Source: Prochlorococcus marinus subsp. pastoris str. CCMP1986
Lineage (GTDB): Bacteria > Cyanobacteriota > Cyanobacteriia > PCC-6307 > Cyanobiaceae
Direction: 5' to 3'
Length of the DNA stretch: 32,000 nucleotides
Assembly: GCF_000011465.1 (NCBI RefSeq)
Contig: NC_005072.1
Location: 360,001-392,000 of the forward strand
The position numbers and the translations under genes were made by a program. The notes under the pieces were generated by a model. The model worked only from the letters and a program-made list of their open reading frames with translations. It did no database searches and was not told the origin of the DNA. Shown here in pieces: positions 26,171 through 32,000 of this stretch (its first letter is position 1; every line of letters starts with the position of its first letter).

Positions 26171-27157
26171 TTAAGCTTTAACTGGCTCCTCAATTATTCC
26201 ATTTGGAACTTCGGTAAACATAATTGATGATAAATACCTCTCAGCTAAATCTGGTAAAACAACCACTATAGTTTTTCCTGCATATTCATCTTGCTCAGCT
26301 AATCTAACAGCAGCAGCAGCAGCAGCTCCACAAGATATTCCCACGAGAAGCCCCTCTTCTTTTGCCAATCTAAGAGCCATCTCGATTGATTCATCATTAG
26401 TAACCTGCTCAACTTTATCAACAATTGATAAATCAAGGTTTTTAGGAATAAATCCTGCGCCTATTCCTTGTATTTTGTGTGGTCCAGATTTAACTTCTTC
26501 GCCATTCATTGTCTGTGTAATAACAGGGCTATGTGATGGTTCTACTGCTACAGAAACAATATTCTTGCCCTTCTCTTGTTTGATGTATCTTGAAACTCCT
26601 GTAATTGTTCCACCTGTTCCAACCCCTGCAACAAAAACATCAATCTCACCATCGCAATCATCCCAAATTTCAGGCCCAGTTGTTTTGAAATGAATTTCTG
26701 GGTTTGCTGGATTATCAAATTGACCTGGCATGAAATATTTAGAGGGATTACTTTCTGCGATCTCTTTAGCTTTGGCAATTGCTCCTGGCATACCTTTAGA
26801 AGCCTCTGTTAAAACAATTTCGGCGCCCAATACTGCCATCACCCTTCTCCTCTCAATAGACATAGATTCTGGCATTGTAAGGACTAGTTTGTAACCTCTT
26901 GCTGAAGCTGTAAAAGCTAAGGCAATTCCAGTATTTCCAGAGGTAGGTTCAACGATAGTTTTGTCTTTTGTAAGTTTTCCGCTTTTCTCCGCATCCCATA
27001 TCATGTTTGCACCAATCCTGCATTTAACACTATATGCAGGATTTCTACCTTCAATTTTTGCTAATACAGTAGCTTTAGCGTTTTTAGTAACTGATTTTAA
27101 TTTTACTAATGGAGTGTTTCCAATAGCAAAGCTGTTGTCCTCATAAATTTTTGCCAT
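26171..27157 (-). CDS. cysK: Cysteine synthase A (O-acetylserine sulfhydrylase)
   Basis: 'GNTPLVKL', '[11 protein letters not shown]' (the PLP Lys), '[12 protein letters not shown]' and '[10 protein letters not shown]' are present. Confidence 0.95.
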   Translation of the reverse strand: MAKIYEDNSFAIGNTPLVKLKSVTKNAKATVLAKIEGRNPAYSVKCRIGANMIWDAEKSGKLTKDKTIVEPTSGNTGIALAFTASARGYKLVLTMPESMSIERRRVMAVLGAEIVLTEASKGMPGAIAKAKEIAESNPSKYFMPGQFDNPANPEIHFKTTGPEIWDDCDGEIDVFVAGVGTGGTITGVSRYIKQEKGKNIVSVAVEPSHSPVITQTMNGEEVKSGPHKIQGIGAGFIPKNLDLSIVDKVEQVTNDESIEMALRLAKEEGLLVGISCGAAAAAAVRLAEQDEYAGKTIVVVLPDLAERYLSSIMFTEVPNGIIEEPVKA

Positions 27158-27241
27158 TTATATGTTGAAAAATATATATTAATACTAACTATTATTTAAT
27201 AAAAAGAGTACATAAGTTTTTATACGGTAAATACTAGGTAT

Positions 27242-28711
27242 TTAAAAATTATTTAATGCTTCAGAAAAGGCTCTCCATAAGTGATCTTTATCTTCTAGTC
27301 CAACAGATACTCTAATAAGGTGCGAAGGAATGTTAAAACTTTCAACCCAATCTAATTCGTCATAATGAGCTAATAAAACATAAGGACATACAAGGGTAAA
27401 TTTTGTACCTAAACTAGGTCCTTTTGATATTTGAAGAGAATCATAAAACTTTTTAGCTTTCTCAAGACCTCCTTTTAATTCAAACGATAATAAGCAACCA
27501 TATCCCCCATCAGAAGTAAGTATGGAATTGAAATTAGGACAATTTTCGGGATGGAAAATATTTTTGATCTCTTTACGGTTTTCTAATCTTTTTTTTAATT
27601 CTAAACATGCTTTATTTTGCTCAAAAACTCTTTGTTTTACATCTCTACTAGCTTTTTCGAGTGAAACCATATCGCCATCTGAAAGCATTGGAAGGTTGAC
27701 TTCATTTACGGCATTTCTAAACTGATCAATCCATCTGCTTTTTGGATTTAGTATTAGTGACCCAGCAAGAATATCCCCGCTACCGGAAAAGATTTTTGTT
27801 AGTGAAGTGAAAACGATATCTGCATGTTCTAAAGAATTTATATTTAAATTTGAACCAATAGTATCGTCAACTATCACAGGTATATTTAATTTATTAGCTA
27901 TTTCTGAAATTTTTTTTATGTTCACACATTTGAGCATTGGATTACTTGGTAATTCAATTATCAAGGCTGCTGGATTTATTTTTATCATTTCTAATTCAAT
28001 ATCCTTGCAATTTTCTTCTGTTATTAACTTGGCTCCATGAAAGATATTCATTGGTAATTTAAGTACATCTACATATGGAAAACCAATTTGAAGTGTAGGT
28101 CTATCTGGAAATAATTTATATATTATTTCTAATGATGTGTATAACGCTGACATGCCAGATGAGGTCAAGTGAACATCATTAGAGTTTGTTTTTGTAAACT
28201 TAGAAATTCTATCTTTTATTCTTTGACAACTTTCTATCGCTAAAGATTTCGAAGGGCAATCCTCTAGGCCCAATTCAATTGCAGCCGCTCTTGAAGATAT
28301 ACCGAGACCGGTATGTTGCCAAAAATATCTTGCATATTTGCTCGCTGATTCTCTAGTAATTAAAAAAGCTAAATTATGCCTTCTTTCAATATATGTAGAT
28401 CCTTTAGAAGAATTTCTATCACAGTATTTTTTTGCTTTTAAAGCTATTCTTTCATTTGGATAAGGCCAGATACCTACATCATTTAAGTGACTTTCTTTTT
28501 TTACCTTTTCACATAATCTTTTTACTAAAGGATTGAGTCCAAAACGAGGATAGATTGACTTTAACAATTCCATGCATTTTGGATTTTTTTCCTCATAATT
28601 AATTACATCTTTCCAAGTTGGTAAAGCTACAGAAACAGCATGTTCATTATCAGGAATCGAATACCCCAACTCTAAACTTCTCCATATTGGATTTTTTAGT
28701 AAATTCCTCAC
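27242..28711 (-). CDS. Cys/Met-metabolism PLP enzyme, cystathionine gamma-synthase-like, with a ~110-aa N-terminal extension
   Basis: 'FTSLTKIFSGSGDILAGS' carries the PLP Lys. The N-terminal 'HAVSVALPTW...IYPRFG' block resembles the Str2/fungal-type CGS family. At 489 aa it is larger than the ~390 aa of canonical members. Confidence 0.8.
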   Translation of the reverse strand: MRNLLKNPIWRSLELGYSIPDNEHAVSVALPTWKDVINYEEKNPKCMELLKSIYPRFGLNPLVKRLCEKVKKESHLNDVGIWPYPNERIALKAKKYCDRNSSKGSTYIERRHNLAFLITRESASKYARYFWQHTGLGISSRAAAIELGLEDCPSKSLAIESCQRIKDRISKFTKTNSNDVHLTSSGMSALYTSLEIIYKLFPDRPTLQIGFPYVDVLKLPMNIFHGAKLITEENCKDIELEMIKINPAALIIELPSNPMLKCVNIKKISEIANKLNIPVIVDDTIGSNLNINSLEHADIVFTSLTKIFSGSGDILAGSLILNPKSRWIDQFRNAVNEVNLPMLSDGDMVSLEKASRDVKQRVFEQNKACLELKKRLENRKEIKNIFHPENCPNFNSILTSDGGYGCLLSFELKGGLEKAKKFYDSLQISKGPSLGTKFTLVCPYVLLAHYDELDWVESFNIPSHLIRVSVGLEDKDHLWRAFSEALNNF

Positions 28712-28714
28712 TTT

Positions 28715-29887
28715 TTAGAATCTATTTAAGGCAAATAAGATATCTGAAATTAAATCATTTGTATCTTCACAACCTACCGACAATCTTATAAGTGAATCAT
28801 CAATACCTAGGAGGTTTTTTGTTTTGTCATCAACAGATGCATGAGTCATTGTTGCTGGGTGGCAAATTAAACTTTCAACACCACCAAGACTCTCTGCTAA
28901 TGAGAAATATCTGAGTGATTTACAAAATTTAAAAGTGTCCGATTTGTTTAAATTTAATTTAAGGGTGATCATTGAACCACCAGATTTCATTTGTGATTTT
29001 GCTAAATTAAATTGTGGATGTTTTTGATTAAAGGGATAAAAAACTTTACTAATTATTCTATGATTTGCAATTTCCTTAGAAATTATCTCTGCACTTTTTG
29101 TTTGTTGTTCGATTCTTAGAGGGAGAGTTTTTACCCCTCTTGTAATTAACCATGTATCAAAAGGCGAGGGTTGAAGTCCTAAAGCTTTTTGAGAGAAAAG
29201 CATCTTACTATTCCATTCCTCATTGTTTGTTAGGACTGCTCCACCAAGTGCATCACTATGGCCATTTATAAATTTTGTTGTACTTATAAGAGATAGTGTT
29301 GCGCCTAGTTCTAGAGGTTTTTGAATAAGAGCTGTAGAAAAGGTATTATCTAGAACAACAGGTATTTTGTACTTATTAGCTTCATCACAAATAAGTTTAA
29401 TATCAAGTACTTTCAAAAGAGGATTTGTTGGACTTTCGAGCCAGATTAAAGTTGGCTGAAAGTCTTTAATTTTTTTTAAATTTTCTTTATTTGCTAAATC
29501 TGTATATAAAACTTGTATTCCAAATTTTTTGAATATTTTATCGAACATTCTTACAGTACAACCATATAGATTTGACTCGCATAGTATTTTATCGCCTGAT
29601 TTTAATGAAGATGTAATTGCAGTTACTGCACTTATGCCAGACCCAAAAATTGTACAATATTTGGATTCTTCTATGGATTTAAGTATATTTTCTAGAATTT
29701 TAAAGTTTGGATTACCTGATCTGGTGTAATCGAAATTGCCCTTATTACCATGTTTAAATGTTGAGGTAGAAAAAATTGGTGGCATGACACATCCAGTTTC
29801 TTCAGAAAATGTTTCTCCATGATGAATTGATAAGGTTTTAACACCTGGCTTTTTGATAATATTTTTCTTATTTCCCATTGTTTTCAA
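28715..29887 (-). CDS. metB: Cystathionine gamma-synthase/beta-lyase family PLP enzyme
   Basis: 'YTRSGNPN', 'DNTFST' and 'STTKFINGHSDALGG' (the PLP Lys) are present in a 390-aa protein. The exact reaction (CGS, CBL or OAH sulfhydrylase) cannot be decided by eye. Confidence 0.85.
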   Translation of the reverse strand: MKTMGNKKNIIKKPGVKTLSIHHGETFSEETGCVMPPIFSTSTFKHGNKGNFDYTRSGNPNFKILENILKSIEESKYCTIFGSGISAVTAITSSLKSGDKILCESNLYGCTVRMFDKIFKKFGIQVLYTDLANKENLKKIKDFQPTLIWLESPTNPLLKVLDIKLICDEANKYKIPVVLDNTFSTALIQKPLELGATLSLISTTKFINGHSDALGGAVLTNNEEWNSKMLFSQKALGLQPSPFDTWLITRGVKTLPLRIEQQTKSAEIISKEIANHRIISKVFYPFNQKHPQFNLAKSQMKSGGSMITLKLNLNKSDTFKFCKSLRYFSLAESLGGVESLICHPATMTHASVDDKTKNLLGIDDSLIRLSVGCEDTNDLISDILFALNRF

Positions 29888-29905
29888 AATAAGAATTAAT
29901 TAAAC

Positions 29906-29926
29906 CTCTCACCAACAAGGTGAGAG
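29906..29926 (-). terminator. Candidate terminator hairpin downstream of rpsD
   Basis: A perfect 8-bp stem CTCTCACC/GGTGAGAG with a 5-nt loop lies 27 nt past the rpsD stop. On the minus strand it is followed by GTTTAATTAATT, which is only moderately U-rich. Confidence 0.45.
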
Positions 29927-29952
29927 ATTTAATAATTTGAAGAAAAGGATTT

Positions 29953-30561
29953 TTATACTTTTCTTGAATAGTATTCAACAACTAATAACTCGTTTATTTC
30001 AAGCGCGACCCATTCTCTATCACACTTTCCGTTGATTTTGCCTGTTAACTTAGGTTTGTCTAACTCTATATGAGGAGGAACATTAGCTAAACCAGGAAAT
30101 TCAATATTACCTTCAACAAGTTTTTTACTCGCTTTGTTTTCTTTAATGCTAATTACATCTCCTGGTTTACATTGGTAACCTGCAATATCAAGAACTTTTC
30201 CGTTAATGGTTACATGCCCATGATTTACTAATTGTCTTGAACCTGGTATTGTTCCACCAAAACCTAATCTAAAACAAACATTATCTAATCTGTTTTCTAA
30301 AAGTCTAAGGAGATTGGTTCCTGTAGAGCCTTCTTGAGCCCTAGCTTTTTTAACGTAACGAACTAGTTGCCTTTCAGAAACTCCATAGTTGAATCTAAGT
30401 TTCTGCTTTTCTTCTAGACGAATTGCGTATTCTGATCGCTTGCGACGGGCTTGACCGTGCTGACCTGGAGGATTAGACTTCTTTGAAGCTTTCCTAGTGA
30501 GACCTGGTAGTTCTCCCAAGCGACGCGTAACCCTTAATCTTGGGCCGCGGTATCTTGACAT
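29953..30561 (-). CDS. rpsD: 30S ribosomal protein S4
   Basis: '[16 protein letters not shown]', '[27 protein letters not shown]' and the S4 RNA-binding domain are present. Confidence 0.97.
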   Translation of the reverse strand: MSRYRGPRLRVTRRLGELPGLTRKASKKSNPPGQHGQARRKRSEYAIRLEEKQKLRFNYGVSERQLVRYVKKARAQEGSTGTNLLRLLENRLDNVCFRLGFGGTIPGSRQLVNHGHVTINGKVLDIAGYQCKPGDVISIKENKASKKLVEGNIEFPGLANVPPHIELDKPKLTGKINGKCDREWVALEINELLVVEYYSRKV

Positions 30562-30656
30562 AAGTTTAAATTAAAATTGAGATTTGCAATAAATTGGATA
30601 ATTGATTAAATTCAACTAAACTAAATACTACTGAACTGTTATTTTACATCATTAAA

Positions 30657-30893
30657 GTGTTCAAAACTATTAATAAATCAATTACTTCTATACTTCTATT
30701 TATGATTTCCTGTTATCAAAAGTGGTTTTCTCCTTTTTTTGGACCAAGATGTAGATTTATACCAAGCTGCAGCTCCTATGGATACGAGGCAATTACTAGA
30801 CATGGACCTTGGAAGGGAGGGTGGTTAACTTTAAGAAGATTAAGTAGATGTCATCCTTTAACTCCCTGTGGATGTGACCCTGTGCCTGATTGA
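30657..30893 (+). CDS. yidD: Membrane protein insertion efficiency factor YidD
   Basis: 'CRFIPSCSSYGYEAI..HG..KG..L...RL.RCHP' is the YidD signature. The start codon is GTG. Confidence 0.9.
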   Translation: MFKTINKSITSILLFMISCYQKWFSPFFGPRCRFIPSCSSYGYEAITRHGPWKGGWLTLRRLSRCHPLTPCGCDPVPD

Positions 30894-30897
30894 ATGA

Positions 30898-31200
30898 ATG
30901 AAAATATTTATTTTTGTTAGGCAGGGATGTTGCCTTTGTGATTCATTAAAAAACAAACTGGCAAAAATAAATCTTAATGAGTTATTCCCTAATCTAGAGG
31001 AGCTTAAAGAAATTGATATTGATAGGATCGATTTATATAAAGATAAATATAAAAAATATGATTATGAAGTACCTGTAATTGCTGTTGAAGGAAATAGGTA
31101 TGAGGAAATTATAGAATTACCTCGTATTTCTCCAAGATTAAAAGATGATCAATTAAAGAATTGGTTTCAAAAAAATATTAATACCATTCTGAAGAAATAA
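30898..31200 (+). CDS. Glutaredoxin-like (DUF836/thioredoxin-fold) protein
   Basis: A 100-aa ORF with an N-terminal 'RQGCCLCD' CxxC redox motif and 'YDYEVPVI'. Confidence 0.75.
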   Translation: MKIFIFVRQGCCLCDSLKNKLAKINLNELFPNLEELKEIDIDRIDLYKDKYKKYDYEVPVIAVEGNRYEEIIELPRISPRLKDDQLKNWFQKNINTILKK

Positions 31201-31210
31201 TTTTTGTTAT

Positions 31211-32000
31211 ATGAGATCTATAAAATTACATAGACTTTTAGATTTGGTAGGAATTATCCCCTCATTAGATCTAATTGATAAAGAAATCAATAATATTTCT
31301 TTTAACTCTAAAGAAGTACAAAAAGGAACTTTATTTTTAGGTATGCCTGGTTTAAATGTTGATGGAGGAAAATATTGTATTGAGGCAATTGAAAATGGTG
31401 CAGAGGCTGCCATTATTGGATCTGCTGCAAAACAGAAAATTGGATCTATTGATCGAGAAAGGATTTTGGTTATAGAGGATAATTTAGATTATATTTTTGG
31501 TCAAATAGTCTCTGAGTTTTGGAATAGGCCTTCAAGAAAACTAAAACTTATTGGTGTTACGGGTACAAATGGAAAAACGACAATTACTTTTTTACTGGAA
31601 TATCTTTTAAAAAAATTAGGAAAAAAGACTGCATTATTTGGGACCTTATTTAATAGATGGCCTGGCTTCTCTGAAGTGGCTTCTCATACAACTGATTTCG
31701 CTGATAAACTTCAAAAAAAATTAAATGCTGCTGTTGATGCAGAATCTGAATTCGCGATATTAGAAGTAAGTTCTCATTCTATTGCTCAAAACAGGATATC
31801 TGGCTGCGAATTTGAAGCGGCTATTTTTACTAATTTAACTCAAGATCATCTTGATTATCACTCAGATATGGAATCTTATTTTCAAACAAAAAGAAAATTA
31901 TTTTTCCCACCTTATTTAAAAGATAAAGATGGAATTTCCGTATTAAATCATGATGACCTTTGGATATCTAAATTATCATCTGATCTTGAAAAGAGATCGT
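31211..32000 (+). CDS. murE: UDP-N-acetylmuramoyl-L-alanyl-D-glutamate--2,6-diaminopimelate ligase, 5' part (runs off the window)
   Basis: Hand translation from the ATG at 31211 gives 'MRSIKLHRLLDLVGI...NSKEVQKGTLFLGMPG...' and then the Mur ligase P-loop 'IGVTGTNGKTT' and 'LEVSSHSIAQNRI'. The frame stays open to the end of the window. Confidence 0.9.
   Translation, partial: MRSIKLHRLLDLVGIIPSLDLIDKEINNISFNSKEVQKGTLFLGMPGLNVDGGKYCIEAIENGAEAAIIGSAAKQKIGSIDRERILVIEDNLDYIFGQIVSEFWNRPSRKLKLIGVTGTNGKTTITFLLEYLLKKLGKKTALFGTLFNRWPGFSEVASHTTDFADKLQKKLNAAVDAESEFAILEVSSHSIAQNRISGCEFEAAIFTNLTQDHLDYHSDMESYFQTKRKLFFPPYLKDKDGISVLNHDDLWISKLSSDLEKRS

Overview
The window is very AT-rich and tightly packed. 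It carries cyanobacteria-specific genes (pipX-pipY-sepF-proC, long-form hpf/lrtA, acyl-ACP synthetase, and a Yfr2-like sRNA). I infer from gene content alone that it comes from a marine picocyanobacterium, most likely a high-light-clade Prochlorococcus; no search was run.

The window has two parts.

(1) Positions ~1-8347 look like the right-hand part of a hypervariable genomic island. The island ends at a co-oriented tRNA-Tyr/tRNA-Thr pair whose 3' ends face it. It holds small secreted, membrane and unknown ORFs, a decayed tRNA-Pro(UGG)-like fragment, and a tightly coupled three-gene minus-strand operon (3007-7616). That operon encodes a methyltransferase-like half protein without the catalytic NPPY motif, a full gamma-class N6-adenine DNA methyltransferase, and an 829-aa fusion of a GIY-YIG/T5orf172-like nuclease domain to an SF2 (ResIII-type) helicase. 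I read the operon as a non-canonical restriction-modification or defence module resembling a split Type ISP or Type III system. It is the most interesting object in the window.

(2) Positions ~8348-32000 are conserved core genome: aroQ, miaE, cobI, der, cbiQ, pipX, pipY, sepF, proC, a GT4 glycosyltransferase, recO, a deoC-like gene, hpf, lipB, aas, pdhC, queA, cysK, two Cys/Met PLP enzymes, rpsD, yidD, a glutaredoxin-like gene and the 5' part of murE.

The 500-bp spacer upstream of pdhC (23169-23669) contains at least two terminator-bounded small-RNA candidates. No CRISPR array, transposase or intact integrase was seen. All domain calls come from reading motifs by eye; no database search was run.
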